From Hydrogenispora sp. (GTDB lineage Bacteria > Bacillota > UBA4882 > UBA10575), in NCBI GenBank assembly GCA_012837705.1, contig DUQQ01000073.1:9017-73016 (forward strand): a stretch of 64,000 bases of DNA, written 5' to 3'. The first letter of the stretch is position 1; every line of letters begins with the position of its first letter. Under the pieces are notes generated by a model that searched no databases, was not told the origin of the DNA, and worked only from the letters and a program-made list of their open reading frames with translations. A program made the translations under genes and the position numbers. Shown piece by piece: positions 26,801-34,767 of this stretch.

Positions 26801-26964
26801 ATGCCGAAGAAGAATATAGAGTTGCTATTTCCCAACTCCAACAGTTACCTGATCTTGGAATCATATACCGTTTCGTGGTAAAGTTCAACAATGGTGAACT
26901 TGCCCTTTTTCCGAACCCGCTTACAGCAGTGCCTTACTTTCAACTTAAAACTGGGGCTGATTAA
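23821..26964 (+). CDS. Large (1047 aa) cytoplasmic multidomain protein, glycoside-hydrolase-like, function unknown
   Basis: GTG start with GAGGTG 6 nt upstream. No signal peptide. The N-terminal alpha/beta module carries MRGLLYVLYELAARI, resembling the GH20b/GH67N/GH115-N type. It is followed by a TIM-barrel-like middle, a Cys-rich helical bundle, a malectin/CBM-like beta-sandwich (YQVQLTFCD...MRIAINDQVI...GKITLTF) and two Ig-like repeats. Confidence 0.6.
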   Translation: MGIKIGILNPDGLELCTQKAFAVLIDAFAQQNIKIQPCLYTEQLPQADLFIGSYEKSPLLRELVAKEEIPLPLTPEAIMIQELTIQDHTALWACAYDMRGLLYVLYELAARINAQSVPALYRPVCESPAFKRRSVLHVLPAAGLKKGLTFSPAYWRSYFEMLIKNRFNGFTLALAPSSPAPVFPYFFSIPEHPEVNPFHISDELRTKNIQAVKALGELAVEAGLDFHLGFWNFYSGQTPLSFHGWGLDAEKAGSYFYLALKQLLFYCPEISGLEFKFQSLPLDPKFVEQAIVQTIQDNGDQTRLTFLASQVSTEILELLTAAGIDTALTNEGWGPKLGLPYLKEEDANNPFLAGCGGKITPVFQLPIPSPLPWGDPDYLYQLLPTLNNAGYDGLQLIAPTAPYGEKTALFWDEKETPTHWEYERHWYQFHLCGRLAYHPGTNGAVLIRDFHRRFGEKGNDLAALYHLTGKVLPLYNTFHAAVAPVPDLNTGGLLPFYLRRPTADPALFANCREYVDATLNRTELAKFAPSSVAAELGRLGAEIIEKVQALQEVTLSAEHSCAAEWEQTLLWAEITGRFALYHCAKIKAAIELGFFSVTKNLYCLEKALAFLKEAHLCWEKLPASCRCCEQRLMLLEDEKRIRTLLEEYRTRGVFLVGFDFGGFPVSASQNEINRNVFPDYFVEEGFTFVHQQTTYDPDRGYGWLNPTGLQATPAPTVRLGEHDLQLTPEAETNRPFSHNELLCNKLIWSQTTASFQIDLNPGSYQVQLTFCDRSPKPRRYGPMRIAINDQVIAEDLVVAPGQRVDLREIVEVTAGKITLTFSCPPEYNWFISALTIHPVAPLITHTPIITWERGKPLVIRTTVTGINPIRQVILNYQTENERGYHMVMMSPVSAEQFMATIPTVYMEQGDLINYYITAMDSAGKEVSLGSFDHPYQVTIRNTGGYTPAIFHFPPGPEENTLKCTVRPAAEVEKVILYYKSTDQIINQVTLEQENAEEEYRVAISQLQQLPDLGIIYRFVVKFNNGELALFPNPLTAVPYFQLKTGAD

Positions 26965-26968
26965 CTGA

Positions 26969-27157
26969 TTAATCTGTGCTTATGGCATCGGTCGGACAGT
27001 TTTCGGCGGCTTCCTCCGCACAAGATTCCTGTTCTTCCGGAACCGACCCATCAATGGCATGGGCTTTGCCGTCATCATCCCAAGAGTATATATCTGGGCA
27101 CATACTAACACACAGGCCACATGCGATACAGAGATCCGGATCAACCTTTGTCTTCAG
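26969..27157 (-). CDS. fdx: Monocluster [4Fe-4S] ferredoxin (Thermotoga/Pyrococcus type), apparently CTG-initiated
   Basis: Own translation, not in the ORF track: (L/M)KTKVDPDLCIACGLCVSMCPDIYSWDDDGKAHAIDGSVPEEQESCAEEAAENCPTDAISTD. It has CxxCxxCxxxCP plus a distal CP. GGGGGTGAT lies 7 nt upstream of the CTG. There is no in-frame ATG, GTG or TTG between the upstream TAA and the first Cys. Confidence 0.65.
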   Translation of the reverse strand: MKTKVDPDLCIACGLCVSMCPDIYSWDDDGKAHAIDGSVPEEQESCAEEAAENCPTDAISTD

Positions 27158-27235
27158 ATGATCACCCCCTTCACATTACATGGGCGTTGGAACGACTCCA
27201 GAGTTTCGAGCGCTTTAATTGACAGGAGGGATATT

Positions 27236-27682
27236 GTGGGTACGATTTCCATGCTTAACGATGCAAACCAACCGAAAAACCAAGGTGTTCTCATCGTTGA
27301 TGACCAACGAATCATGCGCTTGGTATTATCATCAATCCTTTCCGATACAGGGATTAAAGTACTAGGGCACGCCAGTAACGGCCTGGAAGCATTAGAATTG
27401 TATACCCAATTAAAACCCATGGTTGTGCTCCTTGATTTAATCATGCCGATTATGGATGGGTTTACCACCATGGAGAAACTGCTGGCCTATGACCCAAAAG
27501 CAAATATCGTAATCTGTTCTTCCATGCAGCATAAATTCTATATTTCCCGTGCTCTAAAACAAGGAGCGAAAGACTTTTTGATCAAGCCTTTCCGGAAAGA
27601 ACAAGTTCGGGCAGCCGTCAACAAACTGATGGTGGGCGCGACGATTGTCCACCAATATCCCCGCTACCTAATGTTGGACTAG
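27236..27682 (+). CDS. Stand-alone CheY-like receiver-domain response regulator
   Basis: VLIVDDQ, LLDLIMPIMDG, ICSS and IKPF give a complete phospho-acceptor pocket with no output domain. GTG 27236 has AGGAGGG 5 nt upstream. The upstream part of the track ORF is antisense to the ferredoxin. Confidence 0.85.
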   Translation: MGTISMLNDANQPKNQGVLIVDDQRIMRLVLSSILSDTGIKVLGHASNGLEALELYTQLKPMVVLLDLIMPIMDGFTTMEKLLAYDPKANIVICSSMQHKFYISRALKQGAKDFLIKPFRKEQVRAAVNKLMVGATIVHQYPRYLMLD

Positions 27683-27732
27683 CCCCACGTAACAAACGGT
27701 TGTCAAAGCGGCTCCGCTCCTGTTGAAAGGAT

Positions 27733-28164
27733 CTATTGGGTAACGACGACTTCTTCCACTTTTTTTGTTTTCGGCTTTTCCACGATATTTTGCACTTTGT
27801 CAAGAAGTTGGGGAGCGGCCTCAAGTAACCGATCCACCAAAACATTACTTTCCACCGGCAACAGGCGCGTCTGCTCTTTGTTTACCACTAAAAAAGCTAC
27901 GGGGTTAAGCGTAATCCCGGCCCCACTGCCTCCGCCAAAGGGAAGATCAGCTTGCTCCGGTTCATTACTGTTTTTGTCCATTTTTTGCTGACCGGCAAAC
28001 TCACTACCCCCGGCCGCAAACCCGAATGAGACTCTTGATACGGGGATGATAACACTACCATCGGGGGTCTCCACCGGGTCGCCAAGAATGGTATTTACAT
28101 CCACCATATCTTTTATACTCTCCATCGCCGTCTTCATCAATCCCTCAATCGGGTGTCCCTGCAT
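27733..28164 (-). CDS. ytfJ: Sporulation protein YtfJ (GerW family)
   Basis: HPIEGLMKTAMESIKDMVDVNTILGDPVETPDGSVIIPVSRVSFGFAAGGSEF...PFGGGSGAGITLNPVAFLVV is the characteristic family pattern. ATG 28164 has GGAGGAGGG 7 nt upstream. Confidence 0.85.
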   Translation of the reverse strand: MQGHPIEGLMKTAMESIKDMVDVNTILGDPVETPDGSVIIPVSRVSFGFAAGGSEFAGQQKMDKNSNEPEQADLPFGGGSGAGITLNPVAFLVVNKEQTRLLPVESNVLVDRLLEAAPQLLDKVQNIVEKPKTKKVEEVVVTQ

Positions 28165-28834
28165 GTCTTTTCCCTCCTCCAAGTTGAATTAGATAGTCCT
28201 TGATTCCGGCAACGATAATATGTCCTAACTTGATCTCAAATATACAGTCTAGCATGGTTTCCCAGTTTTTCTCCCGAAAGCTGGGCACCACCATGATCCG
28301 GGGAGGGTTTTTAAAACGATATTCATTGGCCAGGAATCCGACAATCACCCCTTTTGCCCCCCAGAGCAGGCCAGCGATCGGTCCGAGGGCCGCAGGCTCG
28401 ACCCCGCCAAGCACCGTCCGCCAGACAAACCTTTTAAAGCGTCCTTTCCGCTCCAGCTTTTCCTCGACGGTGACCCGTTTCCGGTATTTTTCCGGTAGAA
28501 AATAATAAAAGAAAGTCCCCCCTAACCCATATTTTTTTAAAGTCCGCCCGATCTCCAACAGGTTGGCGAGAAAAGCGTCGACCCCGATCCGTTTCTCCTG
28601 GGTGCTATCTTCTTCGGTTCCAAAGCCTGCCGCCACGGTCAAGGTCTCCTGGTTAAGGCCAGCAGTTCCTTCCCACGTCATACTAGGAATTTCGTAGCGC
28701 CAGACATAGAATCGGGACAAACGTAATTCCAAGGCAAAATAATCGTCTTTTCCGCGACGGTGATAATGCAGATGAAAATTGACCGGTAATAAACCAAGCA
28801 ATAAGAGCAAAAAAAACGGGATAAATGTGGACAA
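28145..28834 (-). CDS. ytfI: DUF2953 / YtfI-like sporulation-associated membrane protein
   Basis: N-terminal TM segment, the repeated beta-rich pattern of DUF2953 and a position directly upstream of ytfJ, as in Bacillus. TTG start with GAGGTGG upstream. Confidence 0.6.
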   Translation of the reverse strand: MSTFIPFFLLLLLGLLPVNFHLHYHRRGKDDYFALELRLSRFYVWRYEIPSMTWEGTAGLNQETLTVAAGFGTEEDSTQEKRIGVDAFLANLLEIGRTLKKYGLGGTFFYYFLPEKYRKRVTVEEKLERKGRFKRFVWRTVLGGVEPAALGPIAGLLWGAKGVIVGFLANEYRFKNPPRIMVVPSFREKNWETMLDCIFEIKLGHIIVAGIKDYLIQLGGGKRHAGTPD

Positions 28835-28965
28835 AACATTCCACCTCTTTCAAATCTGGGAATAGTTTGCCACATTTCCCCTGGAAACTATGCTAAGATT
28901 GGTTTTTTCTGTCGGTGCCTACCCCAACAAGCGGGGACAAACTAAGAGATAAATCCAAAGAATTT

Positions 28966-31683
28966 TTAAGCCAATTTGTTTTTCACATAACGCCCCACCC
29001 AGGCCACCGTTTCCGCTGCCACCACCGAGGCGATGGCACCCAAAAAAACGATTCCCCATGCTACCGGTGGTAAAAACGCAGTCTGGAAGAGTTTGCGCGC
29101 CAAAGGATGCGAAACGACCATAAACTGCATCGCCCCGGAGATCGTGACGGCACCCAAAAGATAAGGGTTGGTCCATAAACGCAACTTCACGAGGGGCTGG
29201 GTTTCAGAACGGCAGGCGAAAACATAACTCAGTTGGGAAAAGACCAGTGTACAGAAGGCCATCGTCCGCGCAATCCGCATGTTCGCTCCGATTTTCAAAG
29301 CAAAACTGAATACCGCCATGGTGATTAGGCCGATGGTTATGCCTTGGATCAACACTTTATAGCCGAGACCGCGGCTGAAGATCCCCTCATCGGGTGGGCG
29401 CGGCGGCTCCTGCATCAGTCCAAGCTCGGCGGGTTCGATCCCGAGGGCGATCGCCGGGAGCCCATCAGTGACCAGATTAATCCAGAGGATCTGGATGGGT
29501 AAAAGCGGAAAGGGCAACCCAAGAATGATCGCACTGAACATGGTTAAAATTTCCCCAATATTACAGCCTAACAGATAACGGATGAATTTGCGGATATTGC
29601 TATAGATCCCCCGCCCTTCTTCGATGGCCGCGACGATGCTGGCAAAATTATCGTCGGTGATCACCATTGCCGACGCCTCTTTCGTCACATCGGTCCCACT
29701 GATCCCCATCGCCACACCGATATCAGCTTCTTTTATCGCCGGAGCATCATTCACCCCGTCACCGGTCATCGCCACAATTTCCCCTTGTTCTTTCAGCGCC
29801 TTGACAATCTTTAATTTATGATAGGGATTAACCCGCGCAAAGATATCTACTTGACCAATGGTACGCCGTAATTCCGCGGGAGACATAGAATCCAGCTCAG
29901 TACCGGTCATTACTAACCCGTCCGGACGGAGTAACCCCAACTCTTCACCGACGGCCCGCGCGGTAACGGGGAAATCTCCGGTGATCATTACGGTTCTAAT
30001 TCCCGCCTGCCGACACCGGTCGATCGCTGCTCTCACTCCCGGACGGACTGGATCCTTGATCCCCACCATTCCCAAAAAGACTAGTTCCTTTTCGTCATCC
30101 TCATTTAATGTAGCCTTTCCGGGCGGTAACGGTCGGTAGGCCAGGGCGAGAATTCGTAAAGAGCGGTGGGCCATTACGTCCATGGCTTGGAACAACCGCT
30201 GTCGATGCCGTTCATCAAGGGGTGCTTCTGTTCCCTGCCAACGAATCTTTGTAGACCGTTCTAAAAGGAGATCAGCGGCCCCTTTCGTATATAGAAAACG
30301 TTGCCCATCCTCTTCCACCAGCACACTCATGCGTTTTCGTTCGGATGTAAACTCCAATTCCGCCAAGCGCTTCGCCCGACCCCGGTTGAGTTCTGCTTTT
30401 AAACCCAGAGCAAGGAGAGCTCCTTCTGTTGGATCCCCGTTCAAACGCCATTGTTTGCTCTTTGGCTCGAATTCCAAATCCGCATTGTTACAATAAAAGC
30501 CCGTCGCCAAAAGCATCCGCAGACCATGTAAGTCGGGAAAAACGCCGCGGTCATCTGCGGGCCGAATCTCTTGACCCCGCCATAAAAATTGGCCGTGGGG
30601 CGCAAAGCCGTTCCCAGTGACCTCGATCTCTTTTCCACTAAGATAACAGGTGGTTACCATCATCTGGTTCTGGGTCAATGTTCCGGTCTTATCCGAACAG
30701 ATTACGGTAGCACAGCCTAAAGTTTCGACCGCGGGGAGACGCCGGATAATCACGGACCGTTTGATCATCCTCTGTACACCCAAGGCCAGTGCGATGGTGA
30801 CAATAGCCGGTAAACCTTCGGGAATCGCGGCTACGGCCAAGCTAACGGCAGAGAGAAACATGAGCCGGAAATTTTCACCGCGGGCCAGACCAATAACCCC
30901 GACCAACACACAGATCCCAATGCAAATTAGTACCAGGACCCTGCCTAAATGCTCTAAACGTTTTTGGAGCGGGGTTAGTCCGGCTTCACTTTCCGCCAAC
31001 ATTCCAGCGATCTTGCCCAGTTCGGTGTGCATACCGGTGGCCACGACGATTCCAACCCCCCGTCCACGGGTGATCGTGGTTCCGGCAAAGAGCATATTTT
31101 GGCGGTCCCCCAACTCCAAGCGGGGAGAATCAAGTGGTCGGTTGGTTTTCGAGACGGGGATTGACTCCCCGGTTAACGGTGATTCGTCAACCTCGATCCC
31201 CGTAACTTCCAACAAACGGAGATCAGCCGGTACCCGTTGTCCGGCTTTCACCTCGACCAGATCTCCCCGGACCACTTGGCAAGCAGGAATGGTTCGCCGT
31301 CTACCTTGACGAATGACGTGGGCTTGGGGTGCGGATAATTCCCGTAAAGCCTCTAAAGAACGTTCCGCCCGGTATTCCTGGATAAAGCCTAAAATAGAAT
31401 TTAAAAAAACAATCGCCAGGATTGTCAGCGCGTCGTGCCATTCACCCAGGGCAACAGAGATCACGACCGCACCTAAAAGCACCAAAACCATAAAATCGGC
31501 AAATCCGCTAAAGAACAACTTCCAAGGGGAAACACGGTTCTTCGTCTGCAACCGGTTTTCGCCATCTTGGTCCAATCGTCTTTGCGTTTCCGACACCCTT
31601 AAGCCCCTATTGAGGTCGGTCTGGAGCTGTGTTGCTACTTCGGCCGGTGTCATTTGCCACCAATGTTTTGACAAAGGTTTCAC
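28966..31683 (-). CDS. P-type Ca2+-transporting ATPase (type IIA, YloB/SERCA-like)
   Basis: DKTGTLT phosphorylation site, TGES actuator motif (PLTGESIP), MTGDGVNDAPA hinge and 10 TM helices. 905 aa. Confidence 0.9.
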   Translation of the reverse strand: MKPLSKHWWQMTPAEVATQLQTDLNRGLRVSETQRRLDQDGENRLQTKNRVSPWKLFFSGFADFMVLVLLGAVVISVALGEWHDALTILAIVFLNSILGFIQEYRAERSLEALRELSAPQAHVIRQGRRRTIPACQVVRGDLVEVKAGQRVPADLRLLEVTGIEVDESPLTGESIPVSKTNRPLDSPRLELGDRQNMLFAGTTITRGRGVGIVVATGMHTELGKIAGMLAESEAGLTPLQKRLEHLGRVLVLICIGICVLVGVIGLARGENFRLMFLSAVSLAVAAIPEGLPAIVTIALALGVQRMIKRSVIIRRLPAVETLGCATVICSDKTGTLTQNQMMVTTCYLSGKEIEVTGNGFAPHGQFLWRGQEIRPADDRGVFPDLHGLRMLLATGFYCNNADLEFEPKSKQWRLNGDPTEGALLALGLKAELNRGRAKRLAELEFTSERKRMSVLVEEDGQRFLYTKGAADLLLERSTKIRWQGTEAPLDERHRQRLFQAMDVMAHRSLRILALAYRPLPPGKATLNEDDEKELVFLGMVGIKDPVRPGVRAAIDRCRQAGIRTVMITGDFPVTARAVGEELGLLRPDGLVMTGTELDSMSPAELRRTIGQVDIFARVNPYHKLKIVKALKEQGEIVAMTGDGVNDAPAIKEADIGVAMGISGTDVTKEASAMVITDDNFASIVAAIEEGRGIYSNIRKFIRYLLGCNIGEILTMFSAIILGLPFPLLPIQILWINLVTDGLPAIALGIEPAELGLMQEPPRPPDEGIFSRGLGYKVLIQGITIGLITMAVFSFALKIGANMRIARTMAFCTLVFSQLSYVFACRSETQPLVKLRLWTNPYLLGAVTISGAMQFMVVSHPLARKLFQTAFLPPVAWGIVFLGAIASVVAAETVAWVGRYVKNKLA

Positions 31684-31746
31684 CCCACAGAAGTTTATCT
31701 CTCTATTCCTATGCAGGGCGAAAATGGTTTTATGTCCGAAATTTCC

Positions 31747-31776
31747 TTGCCTAGCACCGGCCGAGAATGCTATACT
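31747..31776 (+). promoter_or_regulatory. Candidate sigma-A promoter of rqcH
   Basis: TTGCCT-N18-TATACT with an extended -10 TG (TGCTATACT), about 24 nt upstream of the rqcH ATG. Confidence 0.5.
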
Positions 31777-31799
31777 GTTGGCGGAACGGAGGAATCAAG

Positions 31800-33584
31800 A
31801 TGCCCTTTGACGCTTTTTCGATTACCCATTTAACTAGAGAATTGAATGAACATTTAAGGAACAGCCGGATCGGTAAGATTTATCAACCCGACAAAGAAAC
31901 AATCATTATTGAAGTTTTCCATCCTTTTCCCCGCCGCGAACTCCGGCTCTTAATTACGGTACACCCCCAATTCTACCGGGCCCACTTGGTAGCGGAGAAA
32001 CCAGCAAACCCGCTTCGACCCCCGGCCTTTTGTATGCTGCTGCGGAAATATTTGCAAGGGGGTCGTATAATCCAGTTGGAACAACCCCCATGGGAACGGA
32101 TCATCCGGATTCAGGTCGAAGTTTACCACCCGGAAGCAGGTCTTTCCACATATTCCTTAATCTTTGAGGCGATGGGCCCCAGTAGTAATCTGATCTTAGT
32201 GAACGGAGAAGGGATCATCGTTGATGCCCTGCGTCGGTTGGCAGAAACACCCCAGCGGGAGCGGGAGATTATGCCGGGTCGGTCTTACTTGCCGCCACCG
32301 GCTCCGGGGTTATATCATCCGGCCAACCTCACCCGGACGGCTTGGGAAAGAATCCTTCAACTTTCGCCCCGCGAACAGAAGATCACTACGGTCTTGACAA
32401 AAGAAATATTTGGTTTATCCCGTCCACTCCAACAGGAGATCATACAAAGGGCCGGTGTTCCAACAACCATGACTGTTGCCGAGGCCACCACCGATGTACA
32501 GCAGCGTCTCTATAACGAGGTTACTGCTTGGGACCAACGAACCAAAGAAGAAGCGGTCTGCTTTCTTGCTTTGGATCCTTCCGGTTCACCCTTGGATTTT
32601 TTTCCATACCAACCCCACCATTTACCGGCAGAAAGGTTAAAACCAATCGCCGACGTCAACAGCGCCATCGTCGCCGCCTTGCACCAGCGCAGCCAGGATG
32701 CGGACCGCAAGCAAAAACGGGACCAGCTTAAAAGCACGATCCGAAGAGCGATCAAAAAAGCCGCGAAAAAGCGGGATAAACAGCAGGCCGAGCTCGCCAG
32801 CGCCGCTGATGCTGACACCTATCGGTTATATGGCGAGCTGATTACAGCCCATCTCCACGAAATTAAACGGGGCCAAACCGAGCTGGTCGCTCCGAACTAT
32901 TACCATCCAGAAGCGGTGGAGGTTACGATTCCGCTCGATCCGGTTTTGAGTCCCGTCGCCAATTCCCAACTTTATTACAAAAAATACAATAAGGCCAAAA
33001 AGGGGCTGACCATGATCCGCACTCAACTGGAGCGGACCGAGATGGAACTGGAATACTACGCTTCCCTGGAAAGTGCCCTCGAGAACTCCCTTACCTGGGC
33101 GGACTTATTGGAAATTGAAGCGGAAATGACCGAAGCTGGTCTCCTTAAACCCAAGAGGCGGACTAAACAACCGTCAAACCCCCGCGTTAACAACCGACCA
33201 TCTCTTTTCCGGTCGGCCGGAGGGTGGGAGATTTTGGTCGGGCGTAACAATAAACAAAACGACCAATTATCGATAAAGACTGCCGCTCCCCATGATCTTT
33301 GGCTGCATACCCAGAAAATCCCCGGCAGCCATGTAATCATCCGCACCCAAGGGAAACCGGTTCCGCCCGCTGTTTTATTGGAAGCCGCTAATCTGGCCGT
33401 TTATTTCAGTAAAGCCCGTGGATCCAGCAAAGTCCCCGTTGACTACACCGAAAAACGCTATTTGCGCAAACCCGCCGGTGCCCCTCCTGGGTTTGTGGTC
33501 TATAACCGTTACCAAACCCTGCGGATCGATCCGGATCCCGAAATCTTGGCCCGGTTTGGGATCATTGACCCTTCGGCCCAATAA
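31800..33584 (+). CDS. rqcH: Ribosome quality-control NFACT protein RqcH (FbpA family)
   Basis: NFACT-N start (MPFDAFSITHLTRELN), a long coiled-coil middle and an NFACT-R end (LWLHTQKIPGSHVII). ATG 31800 has GGAGGAA upstream. Confidence 0.85.
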   Translation: MPFDAFSITHLTRELNEHLRNSRIGKIYQPDKETIIIEVFHPFPRRELRLLITVHPQFYRAHLVAEKPANPLRPPAFCMLLRKYLQGGRIIQLEQPPWERIIRIQVEVYHPEAGLSTYSLIFEAMGPSSNLILVNGEGIIVDALRRLAETPQREREIMPGRSYLPPPAPGLYHPANLTRTAWERILQLSPREQKITTVLTKEIFGLSRPLQQEIIQRAGVPTTMTVAEATTDVQQRLYNEVTAWDQRTKEEAVCFLALDPSGSPLDFFPYQPHHLPAERLKPIADVNSAIVAALHQRSQDADRKQKRDQLKSTIRRAIKKAAKKRDKQQAELASAADADTYRLYGELITAHLHEIKRGQTELVAPNYYHPEAVEVTIPLDPVLSPVANSQLYYKKYNKAKKGLTMIRTQLERTEMELEYYASLESALENSLTWADLLEIEAEMTEAGLLKPKRRTKQPSNPRVNNRPSLFRSAGGWEILVGRNNKQNDQLSIKTAAPHDLWLHTQKIPGSHVIIRTQGKPVPPAVLLEAANLAVYFSKARGSSKVPVDYTEKRYLRKPAGAPPGFVVYNRYQTLRIDPDPEILARFGIIDPSAQ

Positions 33585-33625
33585 ACGCCGAGCGGTGACC
33601 TTTCCCGTGCCGCTTAATTATCCAC

Positions 33626-33658
33626 AAAAAAGCCCTTTCTTAATGAAAGGGCTTTTTT
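33626..33658. terminator. Bidirectional intrinsic terminator between convergent rqcH and the TRAP-type binding-protein gene
   Basis: AAAAAAGCCCTTTC-TTAAT-GAAAGGGCTTTTTT. Confidence 0.85.
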
Positions 33659-33682
33659 CCGCTTGATTACATTCGGTGCTTA

Positions 33683-34744
33683 TTACTCTTTTTCCCGGCT
33701 CTGCCTGATCCTTTCTTGCTCTGCTTCCAATTGGGCTTGGTATTCCTGGTAGGAGTTTCGTAGTTCAGGCCAGATTTCTTTTAAACCGTAGGTGGTAAAG
33801 GTTTTTTCTTGGTAGCCGACTAACTTCTGATGGTTGGTTTTTTTCTCGGCGAGGGTAAGTTCGGTGATTCTTACCCCGTATTTTTCCGTCAATTCCCGGG
33901 CTGTTTCCCGGTTTTGCCAGATCAGCTCGTTACTACCGTACGCGATTGCTTCCCGGGCGCACTCCTGGAGGACTTCCCGGTATGACTGGGGAATCCGGTG
34001 CCAGGCCGTTTTACTAAACATCAGAACACTTACGGGGAAGTAATGCTCGCTTTGGAGGATAAAACGGGCGGTGTCATAAACACGCATTTTTTTATAGTCA
34101 AGAAAATTGGTCTCGACCGCATCAACCATCCCCACTTGCAAGCCGATTTTAAACTCGGAAAAGGCAAGGGTCACCGGGGTAATACCTAGAGTTTCCCAGG
34201 TTGCGTTGTGGGAAGGCAAAAGTAACGAACGAAAACGGAGACCCCGTCCCTGGGAGAGACGGACTAATGCTCTGTTACTAACAATATTGACGGGCCCGTC
34301 GGTGATATACCCTAAAACATAATCGCCCCGGGTTTCCTGCGCTTTTTCCCTCAAGACCTCTCCTAAACCGCCCGCCAACGCTGTTTGTAAATGTTCAGTC
34401 GAGAAGAAGAGAAAAGGAAGATCTAATACCGTAAATTCAGGGACATATTCCGCATATTTAAAGGCAGTGCAGGTAATGAGATCAACCGTTCCCCGTTGTA
34501 ACCCTTTTATAAGTTCTTGGTCACTGCCCAAAACACCATTCAAATGAATGGCAACATTGATATAACCATTGGTCCGTTCTTGTACTAGTCGTTGGAATTC
34601 AGTCAACACCACCGCCCCCACCTCATCGGCGGCATTAGCAGTGGCTGCGGTCAGTTGCAAACTTTGACTTTCCGTGCGCCCAGGTACGGCTAGAACCACA
34701 AACATCGTGAGGAGCAATACGAGACCAGAAAATTTTCGGCGCAT
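33683..34744 (-). CDS. Orphan TRAP-type (DctP family) periplasmic solute-binding protein with C-terminal coiled-coil tail
   Basis: Signal peptide MRRKFSGLVLLLTMFVVLAV, a DctP-like core (LHLNGVLGSDQELIKGLQRGTVDL) and the tail QEYQAQLEAEQERIRQSREKE. ATG 34744 is preceded by GGGAGGAAGG. There are no DctQ/DctM genes in the window. Confidence 0.7.
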   Translation of the reverse strand: MRRKFSGLVLLLTMFVVLAVPGRTESQSLQLTAATANAADEVGAVVLTEFQRLVQERTNGYINVAIHLNGVLGSDQELIKGLQRGTVDLITCTAFKYAEYVPEFTVLDLPFLFFSTEHLQTALAGGLGEVLREKAQETRGDYVLGYITDGPVNIVSNRALVRLSQGRGLRFRSLLLPSHNATWETLGITPVTLAFSEFKIGLQVGMVDAVETNFLDYKKMRVYDTARFILQSEHYFPVSVLMFSKTAWHRIPQSYREVLQECAREAIAYGSNELIWQNRETARELTEKYGVRITELTLAEKKTNHQKLVGYQEKTFTTYGLKEIWPELRNSYQEYQAQLEAEQERIRQSREKE

Positions 34745-34767
34745 CTTCCTTCCTCCCATTTTGTCAT

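Noticed and set aside
26976-27161. 61-aa plus-strand ORF in the track between the large GH-like gene and the receiver gene.
   Set aside because: It is the antisense shadow of the ferredoxin gene (26969-27157, minus strand), which has a complete Fe-S motif set and a strong SD.
27165-27170. Minimal ATG-TAA start-stop ORF in frame 15 nt upstream of the ferredoxin CTG.
   Set aside because: No SD lies at a functional distance. It most likely just supplies the in-frame stop that delimits the ferredoxin ORF.
28863-28894. Possible forespore promoter upstream of ytfI (AGCATA ... CAAACTA / GGCAAACTAT).
   Set aside because: The spacing (17 or 19 nt) and the -10 do not fit either the sigma-F or the sigma-G pattern as I recall them. 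The evidence is too weak to list as a feature.
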